Source of the DNA: Octopus bimaculoides
Taxonomy: Eukaryota
Length of the DNA stretch: 64,000 bases
Assembly: GCF_001194135.2 (NCBI RefSeq)
Contig: NC_068981.1
Span: 8,346,357 to 8,410,356, forward strand
Direction: 5' to 3'
In this document: piece by piece, positions 52,561 to 64,000 of the stretch
Numbering within the stretch: position 1 is the stretch's first letter
Layout of the letters: each line of letters begins with the position of its first letter
Notes under the pieces: model-generated
The model's input: only the letters and a program-made list of their open reading frames with translations
Told to the model about the DNA's origin: nothing
Database searches by the model: none
Translations under genes and position numbers: made by a program

Positions 52561-54230
52561 TACTTGAAAGGAAGAAGGTTTGTATGAAGATTTGTTGTGA
52601 GAAAGTGGGCAGATGCCCAAATATTCCACTCAGTGAATTAGTATTTCCATCAACCACTAAAGCATCAAGGTCAGGGACCTTTGAGCAGAGAAAAGGTGTC
52701 CAAGCAAGAGGACAAGAGGCCCCAGCTGAGGGACAAGAGAGGGGAAGATACACAAGGAAAAAAAACAAAGTGTGTATTGTACATACATACACACATCAGT
52801 AGACATACATAGCTATTCATATTTTTTGTACATCCATTCATCTATGCTGGCATGGGTTAGACAAATATATTATTGAAGTGACGTTCTATAGCAAGATGTA
52901 TCCTGACCAGTTTTTCAAGTGAACGGATTTCTAATTTCATGGGTCTTTAAAGGTGCAAAGCAAGTGACTTGTTGACAGGAGAAGTGACCCTAACTCTGCT
53001 CATAACTCACAACTTTTACAAATGTCAACACACACATACACAATGGCCCTCAGTAAGAACTGACTCAGACTGTGAGGAGCCACACAACTCTTAGCAATAT
53101 AAAAATGAAGACATGTAGATACGTGTGTGTGTGTGTGTGTGTTTATATATACACATGTATTTCAGTGTGCGTAGATGTACAGATATATCATCATCATAAT
53201 CAACATTTTTACAGTAGCTTTCCACAACATCTGCAGAGGTTGCTGGTCGTCATAGTCCAAGTCATTTCTTACCAGAAGCAGCTGTCATACAACCATGTAG
53301 TCTCAGGTTCCGTCCCACTGAACAGTACCTCTACTATAGCCCTGGGCCAACCAAAACCTTATGGGTGGATTTGGTAGACAGAAACTGAGACAGGCCTCCT
53401 GATAATGGTATGTATATGCAATAAAGTAGGTTTGCTTCTACATGTCACCTGGCTTGGATGTCCGTTCTATTACAGATTGTATTGGGTACACTGTCCCATG
53501 GCAACAACACTGGAGAAGTGGAATATAGGGAGCTCAAAACCCTAAACATTACTATTCGCATTTTTGGTGGGACCAACAGTAAAGGGATTCTTTCAATCAC
53601 CGGTCAACGGAAAGATTTATTGGCTTTCCATTGTACAAAAGAGAGAAGAGAAATAGGAGCAGAGACGAAGGGAGTAAGTGTGAAAGGGGCTGAGAAAGCT
53701 CAGTAATATAGAGGGGGGGTACATTGGTTGAGGTGGCTGAGAAGGGGATTAGAAGAGAGTGTGTACTGACATGAAAAGACCAAGATGGCAAGGTGGAAGA
53801 AAGGAGCAGCAGTATGATGTAAGAGACAACGTTACTTGGAGGGGAGTCAAGTAGGGAGTGACTGACAACAACAGAAAAATAGGGGTAAGTGACGAGTGTC
53901 AAAAGGAATGGCCCTGAGATGGGAAGAAAGTGATGGTGGTTGGTAGTAGAGAAGGACAAAGAGGGAAAGAAGATAGTTTGGTGAGAAGGAATAATAGAGG
54001 CAAGAGGATGATCCAGTGCAGCCTCTTATACAGAAGTCTAGAAGATGGGACGAGGGTAAAGTGATGCAGTGTCTGGTACATAGGCCAAGGAAAAATCGAG
54101 GAAGTCAGAGGAATGAGAAGGACGCATTTAGAAGCAGTGGAGGGGGGATGAGAAACAAGATACAGAGCTAGGAAAGAGAGAGAGAGAGTTGCCAGTGTGA
54201 GGAATAAAAGTAAAATAAAAACAATAAAAC

Positions 54231-54272
<42 letters not shown>

Positions 54273-54679
54273 TCATCATTTAACATCTATTTATCCATGA
54301 TTGCATGGGTCACATGGAACACACGGAGGCAGATTTTTTATGGCTGGATGCCCTTCCAACCATCAACCTTCACCTATTTATGTGCAAGGTAATATTTCCC
54401 CATGGAAGACTAGAAACAAAGAACAACACTTGTATAATGGCAGTGCTCGTTTACAGTCACATTATGGGAAAAGAAAAGTAAACACAAACTTATACACACA
54501 CACACACAAAATGTGCCTTTCTCAGTTTCTATCTACCAAATCCACTCATAAGGTTTTGGTTGAGCCAGGGCTAGAGTAGAAAGCATTTGCCCAAGGTGTT
54601 ACTCAGTCGGACCTGAGACCATATAGTCGTATGACACTAATTTACAATTATTATGCAATATCAAACAACAAAACACAAG

Positions 54680-54710
<31 letters not shown>

Positions 54711-54864
54711 TTCTTTCAGTTTGTCAACCAAAAATCCACTCACAAGGCTTTGGTCAACCTGAGGTTATAGCAGAAGGCACTTGCCTAAGGTGCCAAACAG
54801 TAAGACTAAACAAAAAACAAAGTAGGTGGAAAGTAGAGTCCTTAACTGCAGAGTCACACCTGTG

Positions 54865-54921
<57 letters not shown>

Positions 54922-55398
54922 TTCAGTTTGGATATGAACCTTGTAGTTAGCTTTTTGAGGCCTGTCTATGAGTACTAGCAACCAGTTAGTTTTACAACAA
55001 AAACCAGTCGTATTACTGAAGATCTATCGAGAACTCCATGAATATCCATAAAGTATAAATAAATATTTAATATATTTAACATACGATAGCATTTCAGCAA
55101 GTATCTGCAGGAAAAGTGGACATGAAACAATTGTAGAATTATGCAATAGAACCAATCTCTCGTTTACACTTTTATAATATATGTATATTATAATGGAATA
55201 GTTACTGTGAAGCATTGTGCATTGGTATAAAGAATCGTGGGTAAGAGCAGAACAATGAGAAGTAAATGCAAGGCAAAAGAAAACAAATATGAATTAATGC
55301 AAGGTAAGTCTACATTAATTCATATTTGTTTTCTTGGGATTTGCCTTGCATTTACTTCGCATTGTTNNNNNNNNNNNNNNNNNNNNNNNNNNNNNNNN

Positions 55399-55438
<40 letters not shown>

Positions 55439-56139
55439 GACAGACAGACAGACAGATTATTTTAGTTAAGTCAGTCTCTTGCCTTTCTGTGTTTTGCCTG
55501 TGGGGGTGCAGAAGATCTTCAGGTAATTTATTGACAGTCATAACTTACCTGAAGATCCAATACAGGTGCAATACGAGACTGACTTGTTCAAAATAAAACA
55601 TATTATCAGCCTCTACTATAGTATTGAGTACTGTTTTTCTGGCACTCAACACTAAACAGATGGCACAGTATGGCCAAAATGATTAAGAAGCTCAATTTGT
55701 AATCACAAGATCCTGGTTTGAGAGCCTCTTTATGGCAACCAGGTCAGATGCCACTTTCTGTAGTCCTGAATCAAATAGACCTTGTCACTGAAATTTGGTA
55801 GACGGAAACTACATGGAAGCCTGTCAGATGGATTGCACCTATAACTTAAATACACAAACTTGACACACCAATTCTGCCAGAGAATTACGTTAAGGGTAGC
55901 CATATATGCGGAATACGCAGCCATTTATAAATTAACTCAATGAGTGGATAAAACAATTGATTGAACAACGGTAACCTTATTGTTGAAACTGGTGAAGAAT
56001 TATCCATACACAAATATATACACTCACACACACGTCATAACAACAAAAATATATTAAGGCATACGAAGCCCCAACCCTGACAGACTACGCTTATGATCAA
56101 ACACATTCCAGACATGACCATCCTCTCAGCGCTACACAC

Positions 56140-56230
56140 ACGACGTTATTAATATGTCCTTGATAAGGCGTGATTTGAGGGAGGGATCGACTGATGTTTC
56201 CAGCAGGTCCATAGACCATGTAGAGACTGT
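56140..56230 (+). repeat. Unclassified dispersed repeat
   Basis: Shared core TTGAGGGAG(A/G)TC(T/G)(G/A)CTG(C/A)T(A/G)TTTC also at about 41525-41560(+) and 4630-4670(-). Confidence 0.5.
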
Positions 56231-56479
56231 GGTTGGCTCGCCAAACCGATGGTAGCTGTCGGTGGTGGTAGTGGAGATGATTTAGTGTCGTGACAAAGAA
56301 TTAGAATACAGTACATATAATATACATACACACACGTAAATAATATATAACACGCACATAGATGATATATGAGTAGAGAGAGAGAGAGACTGAATAGATA
56401 AATTCAAGTTGTAAAAGGAAAACGCAAGAGGGCTAAAAAAAATGTCTTAAATACACACATCATACATATATATATATAC

Positions 56480-56537
<58 letters not shown>

Positions 56538-57829
56538 TACGAACCAAAAATGAATGCAATGCAAAATTTCAGAATTATCAAAACGGGTTTATACGAAGAT
56601 AAATTAGAAATGGACGGAAGACTATATACATATATACTATCTTAGTTGCTCTCTCTCTCTCTATATATATATAGACACACACACATACATGTGTGTATGT
56701 GTGTGTACACAGAGTTTACATTCCCAATCACACTCAACTATGAATCAATTCTTTCACTCTAAAACCCCGTATTGAGTACTTTCTTTCGCGTTAATTGCGA
56801 TCGCACCAGTTTGATATTATCGAGACATTAGACACACACACACACATTTATATATGTGCGCGCGTATGTGTGTATGTATATATATATGTGTGTGTGTGTG
56901 TGTGTATTTGCAACAGCATTTGATAACTGAGAGTGGTTGGTAGCAAGCGGTATGGTTTGATGAAGATGGTGTTTAATGTTTAATCTAGACCAATATTTGA
57001 AACAGAAGTGTCAACAGTAGAGAGTTGATTTGGCTGGCGAAGAAGGAAACTATTGAAGGTGATCAACATTGCCATTAATTAGCACCAAGAGATAAAAAGG
57101 AGACTAGCCACATTAGAACAACACCACCACACATATACATACATACACACACACACATATATATATATATAGTGTATATTTGTATATATGAGTGTGTGTA
57201 TGTACATAAATGTGTGTGTGTGTGGTTGATCGTGGAAATAATCTGAGTAACGACGACTCACGCAGGCTGAAATGTGAATAATGTTATTCCGCTCTAACAG
57301 CATTGAGCACTTCTTAACACAACTGCATTTCACAGTACACTAACACCATTACCCTTTTTATATATATTATTATATGTATATGCATACATACTACATATAC
57401 GTAGCTACATATCAACAACCAATACTATATATATATGTATATATATGTGTGTGTGTGTGTGTTGTGTAGATACATTCCTGAGGGTGTGTATAAGAGTCTA
57501 TTATATGTATATCTGTAAATATGTGTATCTGTATGTATAATAGTGTGTATTATGTATATATTATATATACATGACACACAGATATTCATGTTATGTATGT
57601 ATATTTATATATATTTACATGTGTGTGTATATAAGACTGTGTATTATGTGTGTATATTTATACATGCGTGTATAAGATTGTGTGTATATATTTATATATA
57701 AATGCGTGTGTGTGTGTATGATAGATTTAATTGAGTCAGTGCGTGTTCCAAATTGATTGCAAACAGAGAGAGAAGGCTGTGAGTTGAGGTGATGAAGGAG
57801 ACAATAAAAAAATGCAATTTCCCACTTAC

Positions 57830-57948
57830 ACGACCATTCCATAGGCTCCCTCGCCAATATAAGAGAGACAGCTATATCGGGGCCCAACTTCAAACACTTG
57901 GCCACGAACTATCTCGGCAGCAGGCTTCCAATTTCCCCCGGCTGCCAT
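57830..57948 (-). CDS. MAPK1: ERK1/2-type MAP kinase, coding exon 1 (start codon to Gly-rich loop)
   Basis: Manual reverse-complement translation from ATG at 57948 (context gaaaaATGG) gives [39 protein letters not shown] plus GT, followed by a GTAAGT donor (57829-57824). It matches the ERK N-terminus [23 protein letters not shown]. Length 119 nt, phase 2. Absent from the ORF track. The symbol denotes the ERK orthologue (MAPK1/3, rolled). Confidence 0.97.
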
Positions 57949-58090
57949 TTTTCTCTGCTGCTGCAAGCTCAAACAACTTACAACTAACACAGTTGTTGCT
58001 GCTGCTACTGCTGCTTCTGCTATTGATGATGTTGATGATGATGGTGATGCTTCTTGTCATGTGACCTGCTCACGTCACACACACTCTTAT

Positions 58091-58121
<31 letters not shown>

Positions 58122-58430
58122 TCCTCTCTCTGTTCTTACTCTATCGGTCTCTACCTCTTTATTGCTTTCTATCTATCACTTCTTCTCGCTCTGTTCTTAC
58201 TCTATCGGTCTCCATATCCTCGCCTCTCTCTCTTCCTCTTTCATTCTATTTATCACTCTCTCTCTATTGCTTGCTTTATGTCTTTCTCTCTTTATCTCTC
58301 TCACTTAATCGCTTTCCTTCCTTCATTCTTTCTTTCCTTCTCTCTAATTATCTATTTCTTCATCTCCATCTCTCCTTTTGTTACCATTTCTCTTTCTCAC
58401 TCGCTTCATTTTCTTCCTATCTACCAATTT
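57949..58430 (-). promoter_or_regulatory. Putative ERK 5' UTR and proximal promoter
   Basis: Immediately upstream of the ATG are a CAG/CAA/CAT trinucleotide tract (about 57955-58050), GTCATGTGAC (58056-58065, M-box/CLEAR-like), TCACGTCAC (58070-58078, CRE/ATF-like) and a long (CT)n-rich tract (58090-58430, GAGA on the sense strand). No obvious TATA box. TSS unknown. Confidence 0.55.
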
Positions 58431-58469
58431 AAACATGCACACATATATAAATTATATATAATTAGCTAT

Positions 58470-58577
<108 letters not shown>

Positions 58578-59492
58578 GAGTAAGCACATGAAATGTGCAC
58601 GGGAACGTGAAACTCAGAGTAACAGTCTTTTGTTATTTTTCTGCTGCTTTTAAATAAAGTATATATATATATATATATTTATACGCACACGCATGTACAT
58701 ATCTATATGTCAAATATATTTGGAAATTATATTCGAAGTACAGATACACGTACATCCACACACGTGCCCGAGCGCATACACACACTTGATGCATCACTAA
58801 AAACATTACAGGCATTGTCAACCTGCTACTTCGAAACGAATCTACACACACACATATATATACACTACACGCTTACACATGTATGCGTACACACACACAT
58901 ACACACACAGGCCACACGTCTGTGTGGTATGTATATACGACAGTTAGATGATTGTCATTTTGCTTTGCTACACATGCATAGAATTAATAAATGATATTGA
59001 TTGTGGAAGCGAATTACACAGCTGGGGTGGGGACGGTTGTTTGGCCTCACACAAAAACACGCATACATACATATATACTACCATACACACACACAGACAC
59101 ATGTATTATACGGCAAACAGGTGGTAAACAGATAAGTTCAATAAATGAGGTTTAAGGTAGCGAATATAATGTGTGTGTGTGTATTATGTATATATACACA
59201 CACACGCGCGCTGATTGTACCATATCGTCTACTTATTGATCCTAAGAAATGTGTAGATGGATCTGAAGCATGGGAAAATACATATGTAAAGAACGAAGTG
59301 TGCGTATATATGTATATACACTCACATATACACACACAGATGTGTGTATGTTATTGGAGCAAACAGGGAAGCAAACCAATATGGTTTTGTTATATTTAAA
59401 TACCAGTAATTACCAATAAATATATTTTCAAATGGTTAACGTTGTCAATAACGTTTAATGGATTTTTCGCGTTTCCAAAAAAAAATCAGTTC

Positions 59493-59528
<36 letters not shown>

Positions 59529-59529
59529 T

Positions 59530-59586
<57 letters not shown>

Positions 59587-60388
59587 GTCTTTTTCCCCGC
59601 AACTTGTACTTCCAAATCAAAGAATTATGGTATTTTCCAAAATGCTGCTACCTAAAACCCCTATCTTTAACTTGCCCCTAAATATTTCTAATTATTTGTC
59701 ATCAATATTTTCATTTTGATTGCCTTTTTAATTTCTATTTCATTTGATATTTTATTATTAAATTCAAACATAATATTTTTTAATTAATTTTTGGTTCAGT
59801 CTTTTTTGCAGGTAACCTCACACACACACATACACACACACACACAATATAATACCTTCATCAACAACATCTGTTACCTATATCTCCACATCGTCACTCT
59901 GGCACTTCGGGTAGGGATCTGGAATAGAGGTTGACCACACAGTGCAGTCCACATCAGGGATTTGTTTCCAAAACTTGGACATGCTTAGATGGATCAACAC
60001 CTGTGATATGGAGTGTACAGGTGTGTGTTTAGTGTGACACCTGTAGAAGAGACTGAAAGTGTTAGTGCAGTTGATTAAAGTTACCTCTACACTGAACTCG
60101 TTCTGCTGGGCAGGTGATGTTCACAAGACATTGTATGTGGTGCCTATTGATGAAGCTTGTGAATTGCACTTGCTGGGAAACTATTGTTCTTATTAGGTGA
60201 AAACACAAGGATGTATGTACACACACATGCACATAGTTAGATAGAGAGAGAGACAGACACACACAAACAAGATTTCAGATTTAATCCTACTCTACAGCAC
60301 CTTAGGCAAGTGCCTTCCACTGTAGCCTTAGGCTGACCAAATCTTTAGATGTGGATTTAGTAGATGGAAACTGAAAGATATCCTACTG

Positions 60389-60431
<43 letters not shown>

Positions 60432-61154
60432 GATGATGATGATATATATGTGTGTGTGTGTGTCTGCACATACACACACACACACATTTCATGTTATGCT
60501 AAGAAATGATGCACGTTATCAGAATTTTCCAGGATAATTATTAGGGACAATACGTGAAGGGCATCTGCGCTGGTGCCATGTAAAAACCATTGAGTACACT
60601 CTACAAAGTGGTTTGCATTGAGAAGGGCATCCAGCCATAGAAATCATACCAGGACAGAAGGCTGGAGTTTGCTACAGCTTTCCCTGCTTGCCAGCTTCTG
60701 TCAAACCCTCCAACCCATGCCAGCATGGAAAGCAGTCATTAAATGGCAATGACAATGATGATGATGATGATGTAATTGTTATTCTTAATCAGCAGAAATT
60801 ACAATGTCATTCAAGAGCCAAGAGTATTACGACAAGAATGGAAGTCCTGGCACTTGAACCACTTTGGAATCTCTGCTGTGCCAGATCAGATTGGAGCCTG
60901 GTGCAGCCTCCTGGCTTGCCAGTCCTCAGTCAAACCATCAACTCATGCCAGCATGGAAAGCAGACGTTAAACAGCAACGATGACGATGATACACTCTTAT
61001 TTTTGCAAAAATAGGAGGTGTAAGTTTGGTTCTCACACATACTTATGCCCATCTTTTTTCCATCAGAGTCTCATATGTCCTAATATTAGACTACTTTCTT
61101 TCAATGTACAGTGAAGGCTTATAATTCTATTTACAAAACATATGCATATATATA

Positions 61155-61550
61155 GGTGTGGCTGTGTGGTAAGAAGTTTGCTTCCCAACCACACAGTTCC
61201 AGGTTCAATCTCACTGCATGGCACCTTGGGCAAGTGTCTTCTGCTATCGCCTCATTCCAACCAAATCCTTGGGAGTGGATTTGGTTGACAGAAACTGAAA
61301 GAAGCTTGTCATATGTATTTCTGTGTGTGTGTGTGTGTGTGTCTTTGTGCCTGAGTTTGTCCCTCATTACTGCTTGACAACCAGTGTTGGTTTGTTTACA
61401 TCCTTTTGACAACAATTTGGCAAAAGAGACAAATAGAATAAGTATCAGGCTTTAAAAAACATTCTGGACTGGGATTGATTCATTCAACTAAAAATTCTTC
61501 AGTGCTCCAGTATGGCCACAGTCTAATGACAGAAACAAGTAAAAGATGGA
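61155..61550 (+). mobile_element. SINE family A, full-length copy
   Basis: GGTGTGGCTGTGTGGTAAGAAGTTTGCTTCCCAACC...CAGTGCTCCAGTATGGCCACAGTCTAATGACAGAAACAAGTAAAAG. Confidence 0.8.
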
Positions 61551-61559
61551 AAAAATAAA

Positions 61560-62620
61560 ATAAAAGATAACCAATGTGCATGGATGTGGAACATCAGTGT
61601 GCATGTATGACAAAGTGCAAATGTATTGAGAGAAAAGTTGGGCATAAGAGGAATGAAATGTAACATGCAAGAGAAGAAGACTACGTTGGTTTGGAGATGT
61701 GATGCATATGATTGAAGACAGAGGTATAAAGAAGTGCTGATCACTGAAAGTGGATGATACCCGCAGAAGAGGAAGACCTGAGAAGACGTGGGATGAAGTG
61801 GTAAGGACCGATCTCAGGATGTTTGGCCTCACGGAGGAAATGACAGTGGACTGAGATGTCTGGTGATATGAGGTTCTTGAGAAGACCTACCCGCATCAGC
61901 AAAACTGAGTTCTAGAAATGCTGTGTGTCCCACCCACACTTAACAAAAAAACTTCTCACACACCCTCCCCCAACAAACCAATCTACATCTCTACATCTCC
62001 TATCTTCCTCACATTTCTTCTTCATGCCTACCTCTCACTCCCCAATCCTGTCCTCTTGGCCGTCTCACTGTATCATCACTATCCACTAGCCACCACCCCC
62101 ACCGGCCTGTGTGTTCCACCCACACGTAACAAGAAAACTTCTCACACACCCTCCCCCAACAAACCAATCTACATCACTTCTCTTCCTCACATTTCCTCCT
62201 TCGTACATTTTGCCTACCTCTCACTCCCCAATCTTGTCCTCACAGCCCCCGTTTCTCTGTATCATTGCTATCGGCTAGCCCCACCCCCTACTACTCTATA
62301 TACCCAGGTTTTCACCACTCACTTCTCTCCACTCCCTAATCATGCTTTTTTGGCAATATCCTGCTACTTATATTACGAACTTTGACCCTCAAGGGTCTAC
62401 CCTGGCACTTGCCACCATTTATATCCCACTTTTCTTTTACTCGACCATCCCATTTATACTCTGAACCCCGTCACTTGTGAGTATGCCCTACACTTTGCCA
62501 CCATCTCTATCCTGTTGTCTCCCACTCCCACTCTCTCTCCTTCTCCTACACTTCCCTCAGGTTAGGTAACCATGTACTTCCTTTGCAGCAGCACACCTCT
62601 TTCTGTCTTCATTCCTGTTC

Positions 62621-62664
<44 letters not shown>

Positions 62665-62685
62665 CATTCTCCTGGNNNNNNNNNN

Positions 62686-62728
<43 letters not shown>

Positions 62729-63172
62729 CATTCTCCTGGCCAGGTAACCATGTACCTCCTCTACAGCGAGACGCCTGTTTCTGTCTCCCTGTCTCACTCT
62801 AACCTTTCATCATCTGACACAAGATCACCTCCTCCAATGCCCCCTCCCCTCTCAAAAGAGATTTTGTCTTGCAGGTTACTTGGTGACCCTGCCAGTGCTG
62901 GTGCCACTTAAAAAGCATCCAGTCCACACTGTAAAGTGGTCGACGTTTGGCAGGGCATCCAGCTGTAAAAACCTTGTTAAAACTGACCTCACTTGTGCTT
63001 GTGCCGCATAAAAAGCACTAAGTCCCCTCTTCTGGGTGATTGGTGTTAAAATCCTGGTGTTAAAAACAGTCACAGAAGTCTGGTGCAGGCTTCTGCTTGG
63101 CCAGCTCCTGTCAAACCATCCCACCCATGCCAGCATGAAAGGCGGACGTTAAACAATGATGATGATGATGAT
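61560..63172 (+). mobile_element. RTE LINE 3' end with long pyrimidine-rich 3' UTR and GAT tail
   Basis: 61560-61870 encodes VLREKLGIRG...RWFGDVM...RRGRPEKTWDEVVRTDLRMFGLTEEM. It is followed by a C/T-rich region containing a 186-bp tandem duplication, then the conserved tail ending GACGTTAAACAA(TGA)n. Confidence 0.7.
61921..62290 (+). repeat. Two-copy tandem duplication, period 186 bp
   Basis: CTGTGTGT(C/T)CCACCCACAC(T/G)TAACAA(A/G)AAAACTTCTCACACACCCTCCCCAACAAACCAATCTACATC starts at both 61921 and 62107. Confidence 0.85.
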
Positions 63173-63175
63173 ATA

Positions 63176-63345
63176 TATATCATCATCATCATTTAACGTC
63201 TGTTGTCCAAGCTGGTATGGGTTGGACGGTTTGACCAGGGCCAGTAAGCTGCAGGGCTGCTCCAGACTCCAGTCTGATTTGGCAAGGTTTCTATGGCTGG
63301 ATGCCCTTCCAAATGCCAACCACTCCAAGAGTGTAATAGGTACTT
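63176..63345 (-). mobile_element. RTE-tail element, tail-to-tail with the preceding copy
   Basis: CATCATCATCATTTAACGTC...GGCTGGATGCCCTTCCAAATGCCAACCACTCCAAGAGTGT. Confidence 0.8.
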
Positions 63346-63529
63346 TTATATATATATATATATATATATAATTTATGCGAGGATATCTTATGCTCATAAG
63401 GGATTATTATATCCGAAATTTCACTGGTTTAATCACCAACAGGGTTGAGGGATATCTCTTCGATATATATGGGATTATTATAAGTATAAATCAGAATAAA
63501 AAGTTGTAAGGATGTAAAATTATATAGCG

Positions 63530-63850
63530 AAACTGTGTGGCTTAGTGGTTAGGGTATTCAGCTGATGATTGCAAGATCATGAGTTCAATTGCCGGCGATG
63601 CATTGTGACCTTGAGCATGACACTTTATTTCGCACTGCTCCGGTCCACTCAGCTGGCAAAAATGAGTGGTACCTGTAATTCAAAGGGCCATCCTTGTCAC
63701 ATTCTGTATCACGACAAATCTCCCTGAGAACTGTGTTAACAGTACACATATCTGTGGAGTGTTCAGTCACATGCACATTAATTTCCTGAGCAGGCTGTTC
63801 TGTTGATCGGATCAACAGGAATCCTCATCGTTGTAACTGACAGAGTGACA
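63530..63850 (+). mobile_element. tRNA-derived SINE family B
   Basis: GTGGCTTAGTGGTTAGGGTATTC...GAGTTCAATT...CCTTGAGCATGACACTTTATTTC...CAAAGGGCC...TTGATCGGATCAAC...CTCATCGTTGTAACTGAC. Other copies at about 11045-11350(+), 26750-26880(+), 35685-35995(+), 47965-48268(-), 55800-55925(partial). A variant with a different 3' half is at 37220-37510(+) and 44525-44815(-). Confidence 0.8.
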
Positions 63851-63861
63851 GTTAGTTATAT

Positions 63862-63920
<59 letters not shown>

Positions 63921-63930
63921 ACATATATAT

Positions 63931-64000
63931 CATCATCATCATCATCATCGTTTAACGTCCGCTTTCCATGCTAGCATGGGTTGGACGATTTGACTGAGGA
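63931..64000 (-). mobile_element. RTE-tail element, truncated by window end
   Basis: (CAT)n CGTTTAACGTCCGCTTTCCATGCTAGCATGGGTTGGACGATTTGACTGAGGA. Confidence 0.8.

Noticed and set aside
57615-58064. ORFs 57615-57905(-) and 57789-58064(+)
   Set aside because: Alternative-frame and antisense shadows of ERK exon 1 plus simple repeats.
62630-62735. Duplicated (CT)n-CCCCATTCTCCTGG around a 10-N gap
   Set aside because: Typical contig-overlap artefact.

Overview
This is AT-rich animal genomic DNA with nine N-gaps (about 2.5 kb in total). The SINE, RTE and microsatellite landscape looks like an octopus genome; that is inferred from repeat motifs, not proven. The only host gene I can support is an ERK1/2-type MAP kinase on the minus strand. 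Coding exon 1 (57830-57948, [39 protein letters not shown]) was missed by the ORF track. It splices in frame across a 55.5-kb intron to exon 2 (2156-2282, [15 protein letters not shown]...RFKHEN), and the remaining exons lie left of the window. The intron and upstream region are filled with tRNA-derived SINEs, RTE and CR1/Jockey-group LINE remnants, TTAA-flanked piggyBac-type MITEs, an internally deleted Helitron with both termini intact, and microsatellites. The most notable unexplained signal is a cluster of minimal type I hammerhead-ribozyme motifs of the Penelope-associated kind at about 45160-45700, on both strands, with partial motifs elsewhere. No prokaryotic features, CRISPR arrays, rRNA or true tRNA genes were seen. 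Nearly all ORF-track entries are low-complexity or repeat artefacts. Repeat coordinates are approximate unless termini are quoted.
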